Positions 24,739 to 32,773 of a stretch of DNA of 64,000 nt are shown piece after piece; position 1 is the first letter of the stretch, and every line of letters begins with the position of its first letter. The notes beneath the pieces were generated by a model. It was not told where the DNA came from. It ran no database searches and was given only the letters and a program-made list of their open reading frames with translations. The stretch is from the NCBI GenBank assembly GCA_002269645.1, contig NIVC01003924.1, positions 1-64,000 on the forward strand, read 5' to 3'. The position numbers and the translations under genes were made by a program. The DNA is from Macrostomum lignano (taxonomy: Eukaryota).

Positions 24739-25296
24739 CGACTTGTCCTATTAATAGTTACTGCGAGTCTGAAGCTGCACCCGTTTGAAAAATTTGATTT
24801 AAAGCAGACCAAACAGAAGCTACAGACCAGAAACCGGTTTTGCAAACTATTCCTAAGCCGACCAACAATGCTAAAGACAATTTATTCAAATGCTAAAATC
24901 CAACTTTATCCAGCAGGAAAACTAACTATATATGGCTGTAAATCAAATTCTCAGATAGTCTCAGTTTTACGATTTATCAACGACACTATTAATTGTGTAG
25001 ATTTTGATTCAGTAAAAATTCAGAGCAGTACCTATGTCGGCTTTATTGGTCATCTTTGGCCAAAATTCGGTTTCTCTAGTCTAAAAAGATATGCAGGCTA
25101 CTATTCGAATTATCTGGTTGGATACGATGCAGAAAATTTCCCACAAGCAGTTTCTGTTAGATCAGCATCAAAACCAAGGCTTTTTTGTAACATATTTTTT
25201 TCGAAAAAGTTTGTTATTATGGGCGTTCAAAACACTCATGAATTGAATAATATTCTTAACCATGTCAAGGATTTTTTAATCTCTGTTAATAACTAA
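24739..25296 (+). CDS. Divergent TATA-box-binding protein (TBP)-like protein
   Basis: Two TBP half-repeats: LLIVTASLKL..EKFDLK (cf. NIVSTVNLGCKLDLK), KIQLYPAGKLTIYGCKS (cf. TALIFSSGKMVCTGAKS), VKIQS (cf. FKIQN), YDAENFPQAVSVRSASKPRLFCNIFFSKKFVIMG (cf. [32 protein letters not shown]). The frame is open from 24739 after a TTTTAG acceptor; the first ATG is at 24868. Confidence 0.8.
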   Translation, partial: RLVLLIVTASLKLHPFEKFDLKQTKQKLQTRNRFCKLFLSRPTMLKTIYSNAKIQLYPAGKLTIYGCKSNSQIVSVLRFINDTINCVDFDSVKIQSSTYVGFIGHLWPKFGFSSLKRYAGYYSNYLVGYDAENFPQAVSVRSASKPRLFCNIFFSKKFVIMGVQNTHELNNILNHVKDFLISVNN

Positions 25297-25519
25297 ACTT
25301 AACAAGTAAACAATTGCTGTCAAATCGCAGTTGCGATGCATTCTTTTACAAACATTTTGTCTTTTTTTATTTATTTACCAATTGTTTTCTCTAATAGTAA
25401 ACGTGTCAGCTATACCTATAACTAACCAAATCATCATTTTTCTTACAGCCGCAAATGACAAACCGGATCATCTATTAATATTATGCTCGATACGCTCGTT
25501 GTCGAGCTAGGTGCACACA

Positions 25520-26233
25520 ATGCCGCGTGCACAATGCCAAATCTGCAGAAAAAAGTTCAGTAATCAAGCCGAGCTGCATGCTCACTCGCATGGTGCTTGT
25601 TTTTCACCGCAACGATTACTGACCGGATCGCTGCAAAACCTGATCGAAAACCCACCAGATGGGTGGTCCATCGCTTTGCGCGAGTCAGCTCATCGTGGTC
25701 GGGTAAATTTTGTCGAATTTACTCCCACTCTTGAACAACAAGGCAACAGCTCTGGCGAGTTACTTCCTGGCGAGTTGATTGCGTCTTTAAGAGAACCAAT
25801 ATTTAAAATATTGGAAAAAATTGGCTCACCCAGTTTATTAATAAGAGTCTGCTTTCACTTGAAAGTGACACTATTTCGACCGAAAACAGCAGCAGACGAC
25901 AACGATGGCTCGAGCAGCGAAGAGATCATTTCGGTCTATTTTAATACCAACATTGCGACAATATCATTTGATGAGACGATTGCAAACAGTGACATGCTGT
26001 TATCTCCCGAGGCCTACAATGACTGGTTCGCACGCGTTATTAATCAGTTGTTAATAAAAATTGACAATTTTCAATCTCGAGGTAGTAATTGGCAATATAG
26101 AGCAATCGAGCAGCTAGACTTGATGCTCTGCGTTTATCGCAAAAGCCATGCAAGCACACTGTCAACAAATACGTCCCACGGTGGTGTGGGGGCGGGCGGC
26201 GGCAGTGGTGGTGGTGGCGGCGGTGGTGGTGGT

Positions 26234-26265
<32 letters not shown>

Positions 26266-26596
26266 GCGCGGGGAGTCCGGTCCAGTCCGGTCCGGTCCAG
26301 TCCGGTCCGGTCTGGTTAAGCAGCAATCGTTTAAAGTTCCAGTCTCAATCGGTCGCAAAGCTGGAGCAGTACTGCTTCTAAAGCCGCACAGAGCAGTTTA
26401 AAGCATCAAGACTATTTAAGAGTCTTACACAAGCGACAACTTGTGTTTTCGCGCATACAGTCCATTCGTTCTCGAAAACAGAAAGTTTTTTTTGATGCAA
26501 CAAAGAAAACTTGCACTAAGCTTCTTCGATACGAAGCGATCCTGGACAAGTTCAATTAATTCGCTACCCTTTGGACACTGGCACTTGGCTAATTAA
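25520..26596 (+). pseudogene. polB: Protein-primed family B DNA polymerase, internally deleted (N-terminal region fused out of frame to the extreme C-terminus)
   Basis: N-terminal part: C2H2-like finger CQICRKKFSNQAELHAHSH, then IDNFQSRGSNWQYRAIEQLDL and SFKVPVSIGRKAGAV, typical of Polinton pPolB N-termini. From ~26375 in another frame: KAAQSSLKHQDYLRVL...QSIRSRKQKVF, then after a 1-bp slip in a T8 run LMQQRKLALSFFDTKRSWTSSINSLPFGHW*, the typical pPolB C-terminus. No exonuclease or palm motifs are present. Confidence 0.8.
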
Positions 26597-26888
26597 TTAA
26601 CAATATGCTCTGATCTCTTTTGTTGTACAAAGTAATAGCATGCTATAGAAGACTGTAACCCATCATTAATTTTTTCATTGATCATTATTTACAATAAATA
26701 AATGATACCGGCATTCGTTTAAATTATAATTTTAGCACTTTTTTGTGTTTAATTATTTGAAAAAGTATATTTTTTATAGTTAGATTCTCAAGACTAAGCT
26801 TGTGTTTGTAGTAGACGTAAATGTAGTGCTATCGTTCATGTTTCAAGAAAAAAAACTTTTTTTTAAACTTTCAGCTACAAGAATCGAC

Positions 26889-27371
26889 ATGAATCCCGAG
26901 CAGCAGCAGCAACAACAACTAACTGATCGTAAGCTTTTAGTTGAACGTCTATACGATTCGGCAACGATTCCGACCCGAAAAACTGTCGGGTCGATCGGGT
27001 ATGATCTTTGCGCTGGCGTCGATGGTACCATTCCGGCCTACGAGTCCCGGAGTGTGCGAACCGGACTCAAAATTCGCTTACCGCCTGGTACCTATGGCAG
27101 GATAGCGGGACGTTCCAGCATGGCTCTGCACAGCTTATTTGTTGGCGGTGGCGTAATCGACCCCGACTATACTGGTGAAATCTGTATAGTCTTGTTTAAT
27201 TACAGTCCGGAAGACTTTGAGTACTATGCCGGGCTCAGTATTGCACAACTGGTTCTGGAGCAGGCCGTGCTTGCTTCAGTCTATGTGACTGAAGCAGACA
27301 ATTCGATTCGGATGATTGAGCCGCCGACCAAGCGGCGCGGCTTTGGCGGCTTTGGCAGCACTGGCCAATAA
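26889..27371 (+). CDS. dut: dUTPase (trimeric type)
   Basis: All five motifs: GYDL, GRSSMA, GVIDPDYTGE, IAQL, RGFGGFGSTG. ATG at 26889 follows a TTTCAG acceptor-like site. Confidence 0.95.
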   Translation: MNPEQQQQQQLTDRKLLVERLYDSATIPTRKTVGSIGYDLCAGVDGTIPAYESRSVRTGLKIRLPPGTYGRIAGRSSMALHSLFVGGGVIDPDYTGEICIVLFNYSPEDFEYYAGLSIAQLVLEQAVLASVYVTEADNSIRMIEPPTKRRGFGGFGSTGQ

Positions 27372-27441
27372 GTATAATAATAATAATAAACTGATTTTTT
27401 TCTTTGGTGATTGGTGCACTATGCGAGAGCTTTGTAAATAC

Positions 27442-27450
27442 TATAAGCAA
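27442..27450 (+). promoter_or_regulatory. Putative late-promoter motif TATAAGCAA (one of a recurring set)
   Basis: TATAAGC at 27442, 28605, 29648, 30043, 30879 and 32616; TATAAGT at 32264; TATAAGG at 33953; each lies upstream of a gene start in the structural module. Confidence 0.45.
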
Positions 27451-27462
27451 TTTTAAAAATTT

Positions 27463-27906
27463 ATGCCTAAAATATATGTTGTAAAAATGTCTCCAGCGAA
27501 AGATCGAGGTTTTAAAAAGAAAAAGAAGAGCATTCGTAAAAAGAAGAAATCTATTAGAAAGATTAATAAAAAGCAACAAGGTTATGGTGTCGTAAATTGG
27601 TTAATTAATCATTTACCATTTGAAGCACATTTACCCGGCGGATATCAGTTTTGTGGTCCAGGTACGCAACTGCAAGCTAGGCTAGCAAAAGGACAACGAG
27701 GAATTAATCGGCTTGACAATTTGTGCATGCTTCACGACGTGGCCTATGATAAAAATTCTGACGTGCAAGAGAGGTTAAAAGCTGATAAGCTATTAGAATC
27801 TGGTGCACGAGAGATTGCCCACGATCCGTCTACTGGTTGGAAAGAAAAACTAGCTGCGAAGTTGGTTACCAAGGTTATGCAAGTTAAGCAACGCTTTGGT
27901 GCTTGA
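27463..27906 (+). CDS. Parvovirus VP1u-like phospholipase A2 domain protein (PLA2X-type) with basic N-terminus
   Basis: HLPGGYQFCGPGT Ca-loop, RLDNLCMLHDVAY catalytic HD, and downstream RLKADKLL; Lys/Arg-rich N-terminus. Confidence 0.85.
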   Translation: MPKIYVVKMSPAKDRGFKKKKKSIRKKKKSIRKINKKQQGYGVVNWLINHLPFEAHLPGGYQFCGPGTQLQARLAKGQRGINRLDNLCMLHDVAYDKNSDVQERLKADKLLESGAREIAHDPSTGWKEKLAAKLVTKVMQVKQRFGA

Positions 27907-27908
27907 AA

Positions 27909-28598
27909 ATGCAGCAGCCATACAATATGCAACTAGCTCACGATTCTACATTTATTATTGCTGGACCTTCAAACTCGGGTAAAACTGAATGGACGTTGCG
28001 TTTGTTGACTGAACGAAAAGAATTATTTGATAAAAAACCGTGCCGTCTTGTTTGGTGCCATGGATCAAGTTTGAAACCAGACGATCAACAACGAATTAGA
28101 ACATGCTGGCAAAAAAGCGGTCTTGACCCTATTGTTTTTGTACCCGAATTCACACCACAGATGATTAATCGTTTTTTACCACACGATTTGGTTGTTGTTG
28201 ACGACTTGCAAAGCGAGATTGCTAAGTTGCCAGAATTTACTAGTATGTTTACAAAGCATGCGCATCATATCCCTTTGACTTGTCTGTACCTTTGTCAAGG
28301 TCTTTTTAACAAGTCTGATCCAGAAGCACGCATGCGAAGTTTATCAGCTAGTTATATTTGTCTAACTCGTAGTGTGCGCGATCGAACCACAGTTGAACAT
28401 CTCGGTCGACAAATGTATCCGCGTAATAGTAGGTTTCTAGTGAATGTGTATGAAGACGCAACAAATAACAAACCTTTTTCATATTTATTCATTGACCTGC
28501 GGCAAGTGACACCAGATTTTTTACGATTGAGAACAGGAATATTTTCTGGTGATGAACAAGTTGTCTATACTCGTGAATGTGATGCAAAGTTTGTGTAA
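27909..28598 (+). CDS. DNA-packaging ATPase (A32/FtsK-like)
   Basis: Walker A GPSNSGKT, Walker B VVVDDLQ, plus FTKHAHH, YLFIDLRQ and RLRTGIF motifs typical of Polinton ATPases. Confidence 0.93.
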   Translation: MQQPYNMQLAHDSTFIIAGPSNSGKTEWTLRLLTERKELFDKKPCRLVWCHGSSLKPDDQQRIRTCWQKSGLDPIVFVPEFTPQMINRFLPHDLVVVDDLQSEIAKLPEFTSMFTKHAHHIPLTCLYLCQGLFNKSDPEARMRSLSASYICLTRSVRDRTTVEHLGRQMYPRNSRFLVNVYEDATNNKPFSYLFIDLRQVTPDFLRLRTGIFSGDEQVVYTRECDAKFV

Positions 28599-28655
28599 TA
28601 TTATTATAAGCAAATTATAAACTGTTGTCAATATTAGTTTGTGTTTTATTTCAAA

Positions 28656-29645
28656 ATGAGTTTTTACGTTTTTTTGCCGTCAAACGATATCAGTTACGAA
28701 ACCAACTCGCCTAATGAATTTCGAGTGCGACTAACTGAACCAATAAATTTATTGAACGGATTCTTCGAGGTTGCACTAGTTGAATTACTGTGCCATGGAG
28801 CAATTACGACGCCAAATGCTCATCGTGAGCGTCGATTTGAAGTTCCATATTTTGCGGACATTGACTCAATAATACGATTAAAGAAAAACTATTGGGGTCG
28901 TGTTTGGGCAGAGGCAGACTTGGATGCTTACGTTTCCTGGCAACCGTCTGGTACAGATGAAAAATTTGCCTGGCTTTTACGAAATTCAGGCGAAAAAACT
29001 ATTGGATTAGAACTACCAGTTACATTTATGGACGCTTTCAAATTTGACTCTTGGAAGAAACTTTCTGGACTTGTCTCGGAAAAATTATCAAAACCTGCCG
29101 CTGGTAGTGTACAACCACCGGATGGTTCATACTTGGATTTGATAAAAAGTCTCGACAATACTCTAGCGCTAGTACCTGAGAACTATTATGTTTTTTATTG
29201 TGTTCTATCGCCTGGTGAAGCTATACGACTTGTTTCGCATGGAGACTATCTTCGAAAAACGGAAGGAGAAGTGTACATCAAAGTACACCAATATTGGTTG
29301 AGAAATCGTGTTTGGCGCATTAACAAAACCTACTTGGATGCTGTGCTACCTTCTCCGATGCCTAGTAAAACGGTTTACATGTACTGTTACACAGATATAA
29401 TCGAGTATCAAGCAGTGGGAAGTACATCAGTACCGTTGCTTCGAGTTGTGGAACTCCAACAAAAGAAAAACGGAGAACTTATACGCGATAGCAGTGCATT
29501 GCAAACACCCTACTACTTGAAAACAAATCGACAACAAATTCACGAGATTTCGATTCGACTATCGGACCAGCGCGGAAAACCGTTTAATTTTGATCCGGGA
29601 GCACACGTTGTTGTCGTACTGCATTTTAAACATAGGTCGGACTAA
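28656..29645 (+). CDS. Minor capsid protein (penton/PX-like)
   Basis: N-terminal FYVFLPSN...EFRVRL...FEVALVEL and C-terminal YCYTDIIEYQAVG..VPLLRVV...ISIRLSDQRGKPFNF...VVVLHFK. Confidence 0.85.
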   Translation: MSFYVFLPSNDISYETNSPNEFRVRLTEPINLLNGFFEVALVELLCHGAITTPNAHRERRFEVPYFADIDSIIRLKKNYWGRVWAEADLDAYVSWQPSGTDEKFAWLLRNSGEKTIGLELPVTFMDAFKFDSWKKLSGLVSEKLSKPAAGSVQPPDGSYLDLIKSLDNTLALVPENYYVFYCVLSPGEAIRLVSHGDYLRKTEGEVYIKVHQYWLRNRVWRINKTYLDAVLPSPMPSKTVYMYCYTDIIEYQAVGSTSVPLLRVVELQQKKNGELIRDSSALQTPYYLKTNRQQIHEISIRLSDQRGKPFNFDPGAHVVVVLHFKHRSD

Positions 29646-29701
29646 TTTATAAGCAAAGATTAATTGTGTAATAGAAAATTTTGTGAATTTGTTTTGTAAG
29701 A

Positions 29702-30130
29702 ATGAGCGAACTAACAGAAAAAGGAAAACAAAATGCTCGCTCATTGTGTCAGTGTGCTTTTTTACTACAAATTGTTTATCGGCTAAAGCATCCAAAGCAG
29801 AGAAAAAGTTTTTTACAAACACTTTCAGAGTCGGAGATACGATGTCTAGTAGACTTTCTGTTTAATATTATTAGTGGACGTATTAAAATTAGTAACTGTA
29901 ACAAAAGACGACTTGAGAAGCATCGCAGATATATACGCCAGCTTTTGGAACAGAAGACTCCAATTACTGCAAAAAGGAAAATACTTGTCCAACACGGAGG
30001 ATTTTTACCTTTTTTGGCTCCAATTATTGCCGCTCTACCTGCTATAAGCACTGCGCTTGGGATAACGTCTGGAGTAGTTGGTACCGCCGCGGGAGCAGCG
30101 AATTTAATACGATCAATTCAACGAAAGTAG
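29702..30130 (+). CDS. Small basic virion protein with QHGG-FLP protease-site-like motif and hydrophobic C-terminus
   Basis: LVDFLFNIISGRI...RRLEKHRRYIRQL...QHGGFLPFLAPIIAAL resembles a conserved Polinton small ORF and the adenovirus pX C-terminal segment (GGILPLLIPLIAAA). Confidence 0.7.
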   Translation: MSELTEKGKQNARSLCQCAFLLQIVYRLKHPKQRKSFLQTLSESEIRCLVDFLFNIISGRIKISNCNKRRLEKHRRYIRQLLEQKTPITAKRKILVQHGGFLPFLAPIIAALPAISTALGITSGVVGTAAGAANLIRSIQRK

Positions 30131-30140
30131 TAGGAATATA

Positions 30141-30830
30141 ATGCGAACTAACGAGAGTAGTAGTTTTCAACGAATGTATCTAGTACCTGAATCTGTGTAT
30201 CAATCTGCATGTCAAGGTGCAGAGCAAGGATCGTCACCAACTGCTGAGACACCTCGAAAAACTGAAGTTTTAGACGCACCGCAAGATGCTCTGGCAAAAA
30301 ATATGGTGGAAATGAGAGACCAAATGGATAACTTGGACAAGGAAATGGAAAAGGAGCCAAATTACACAGCTCAATTGAAACGAAGCAGATTGGAAGACAA
30401 ACTTTTAAAATTGCGCAAAGTCTATCGCACTGGAGACGAGGACAATCTGTCACTTGTTCGCAAAGGGACTACTGTAAGAAGTTCATATGCCAGCGAATCA
30501 AGGGAAATTCCTAAAGTTTTTTTACCACGTTTCGAAGCTCTCGCTCAAAACCTATTTTCGGACATGGACAAGAATGCAGAACCAATGCTGGCTAATTTGA
30601 CTGATGCCGAGATACAAGATCTCATGGAATATGTTGTTCGAGACAGACCGCTTAAGCGACACGAGACTCAACCGCCTAGTGGACTAAAAACATTTTTAGA
30701 CTTTCTTCGAAAACGTGGAATCGCAGCAAACCAAATCGGGCGTCATGTACGAAACGAGCTAATGTCTGCTCCAAAAACTGTTGCAAAGGAGGATCTTAGT
30801 CTGTTTGAAAATTATCAAACACTGAATTAA
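30141..30830 (+). CDS. Hypothetical 229-aa Polinton protein
   Basis: Clean ORF in the tightly packed gene row; N-terminal RMYLVP motif, helical and charged. Confidence 0.7.
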   Translation: MRTNESSSFQRMYLVPESVYQSACQGAEQGSSPTAETPRKTEVLDAPQDALAKNMVEMRDQMDNLDKEMEKEPNYTAQLKRSRLEDKLLKLRKVYRTGDEDNLSLVRKGTTVRSSYASESREIPKVFLPRFEALAQNLFSDMDKNAEPMLANLTDAEIQDLMEYVVRDRPLKRHETQPPSGLKTFLDFLRKRGIAANQIGRHVRNELMSAPKTVAKEDLSLFENYQTLN

Positions 30831-30942
30831 GTTGTTTTAAAATTACAGATTACGTTTTAACAAAATTGATTCGAGCACTATAAGCTTTTTAAAAAGGTTA
30901 ATTTTTTGTTTATGAAAAATATATAGTTTAATAAGACAAACC

Positions 30943-31131
30943 ATGTCATCTATCTTCCAAAAACTTTTGATTCGTCTCTGTGAGTTTTTTTGCATAAAAT
31001 CTGAATGTGTGCCGTTTCTGGGAAAGGAGCACAACGAGGATACTGACGGAGATTCGATCGAGGCTTCGTTCTTTTGTTGCAACTGTCAAACGACTAGCAT
31101 CAATCTAACTGATGATGAAGCGAGTGCGTAA
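30943..31131 (+). CDS. Small Cys-rich hypothetical protein (62 aa)
   Basis: ATG ORF preceded by TATAAGC at 30879; its end overlaps the integrase start; CCNC motif. Confidence 0.45.
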   Translation: MSSIFQKLLIRLCEFFCIKSECVPFLGKEHNEDTDGDSIEASFFCCNCQTTSINLTDDEASA

Positions 31132-32272
31132 GGAAATTGAAGAATTTTTGACGGATGCTTTTTTTAACTTGAACAGGCCTACTTCATTTAGTGGTAACAA
31201 GACTATACTTGTTCGTGAAGTACGTAAAAAGTTTCCACAGATTACGAACAAAGTTGCAAAGCGCGAAGTTGATAATTGGGTGCGATCAACAAATGAGCAT
31301 CATTTATTTCGAAAAACACGACGAAACTTTCCAACTCCAAAAATTAGTGTGCCACCAGTTGCAAAGTTTCAGTTTCAAATCGATTTGGCAGATTTACCTC
31401 AATACAAGACGGAAAATCGAGGTTATCGTTACATACTTGTTCTTATCGACTGTTTTACTAGAGTTGTACGACTAAGACCATTGCGTACAAAGAAGCCTTC
31501 AGAAGTTAGTCAAGTATTACTAGAGATTTTTCGAAGTGGTTTTAAGCCTGTTTATTTACAAGGTGATGCTGGTATGGAGTTTCTCGGAAGAGCTACACGT
31601 CAAATGCTGAAACAGGAAGGAGTTCGATTTTTTGTTAGCCAAAGCAATTACAAGGCAAGCATGGCTGAACGATTTATCCGCTCGTTAAAGGAACGTCTAT
31701 TACGATACTTTCGAGCAAAAAATTTACCTCGATGGTTTGACATTTTACCGCAATTGGAAGATAATTTCAACTCTAGTCCTCATCGATCCTTGAGTGGAGA
31801 AACACCAAAACGGGTAGAGACAGACCCGCATTTACAAGGAATTTTGTGGGACAAAATGTTTGCGAAGTCGTACACTAAAAAGAATGAGAATAAATTTAAA
31901 GTTGGTGATTGGGTTAGAATTACACGACGTCGAGGAACATTTGAAAAAGGATACACTACGACTTGGAGTAATTCAAAATATCGCATTCATCGTGTACACT
32001 TGACAGACCCGCCAATGTACGAATTAGTGGACCCTGAAGATGGATTTGAAGTGCTGAAAGGAAGGTTTAACCAAGCGGAACTAATGTTGGTAAACGAGAC
32101 AGATGAAACACCTAATGAAATTGAAAAAGTTATTGAAACTGATCGAGCGAAAAATGGAAGTCGTCTGTATCTAGTAAAATGGAAAGGTATGCCAATCTCA
32201 AGAAGTCAGTGGTTAAACGAAAATGATCTTGACGCAAAGACTGCTAAACTATTTTCTAAAGTGTATAAGTAA
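31112..32272 (+). CDS. int: rve-family (c-int) integrase with C-terminal chromodomain
   Basis: QIDLADL / LIDCFTR / QGDAGMEF / MAERFIRSLK DDE core; C-terminal EIEKVIE...LYLVKWKGMP....WL chromodomain. Confidence 0.95.
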   Translation: MMKRVRKEIEEFLTDAFFNLNRPTSFSGNKTILVREVRKKFPQITNKVAKREVDNWVRSTNEHHLFRKTRRNFPTPKISVPPVAKFQFQIDLADLPQYKTENRGYRYILVLIDCFTRVVRLRPLRTKKPSEVSQVLLEIFRSGFKPVYLQGDAGMEFLGRATRQMLKQEGVRFFVSQSNYKASMAERFIRSLKERLLRYFRAKNLPRWFDILPQLEDNFNSSPHRSLSGETPKRVETDPHLQGILWDKMFAKSYTKKNENKFKVGDWVRITRRRGTFEKGYTTTWSNSKYRIHRVHLTDPPMYELVDPEDGFEVLKGRFNQAELMLVNETDETPNEIEKVIETDRAKNGSRLYLVKWKGMPISRSQWLNENDLDAKTAKLFSKVYK

Positions 32273-32313
32273 CACATGAATTGGGATTGCATGACGAAGA
32301 GAAGACTGTTGAA

Positions 32314-32772
32314 ATGGATCCTATTTTTGCTTTTTATTCTGGTCCGAATAGATCTGCTGAAGGTGGAGGTGGATATGGCATTCCTGTTTACGAAGGTTAC
32401 GGTTTTTTGTCAAATTTGGCGGACAGATTGGTGTATCCTGTACTACGCAACGCAAAGAAAGATTTCTTGGATCGTGGTCTGGAGTATTTGAAAAGTGCGA
32501 CAGCAAAAATTGGTATGGGTCGGAAGCGTCACTTGGACACAGAATCGAGCGAAGAGATGTTTAATACAACTGCAGTTTCGAGACCAAAGCGAAGGAAAAG
32601 AACCAGTGGAGTGGCTATAAGCTTAGGAAAGAAGAAACGGCAAAAGAAACGACGAACAAGACAGTGTGGAAAGGGACGCGTGAACAAAAGAAAACGCAAG
32701 AAGACCGGTGGTATAGGAAAACGTCGAACTGCTACTGCAAGCAAGAAACTTTTTAGTCTGTTTGAAAAGTAG
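32314..32772 (+). CDS. Arg/Lys-rich core-like protein with GxG processing motifs
   Basis: GGGGYG-IPVYEGYG-FLSNLADRLVYPVL followed by a highly basic C-terminal half; directly upstream of the MCP gene. Confidence 0.7.
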   Translation: MDPIFAFYSGPNRSAEGGGGYGIPVYEGYGFLSNLADRLVYPVLRNAKKDFLDRGLEYLKSATAKIGMGRKRHLDTESSEEMFNTTAVSRPKRRKRTSGVAISLGKKKRQKKRRTRQCGKGRVNKRKRKKTGGIGKRRTATASKKLFSLFEK

Positions 32773-32773
32773 C

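Noticed and set aside
26420-26460. In-frame SDNLCF after two stops, resembling the pPolB N-x-D-N-x-C-F motif
   Set aside because: The overlapping frame gives a much longer match to the pPolB C-terminus (HQDYLRVL...SIRSRKQKV), so SDNLCF is probably coincidental.
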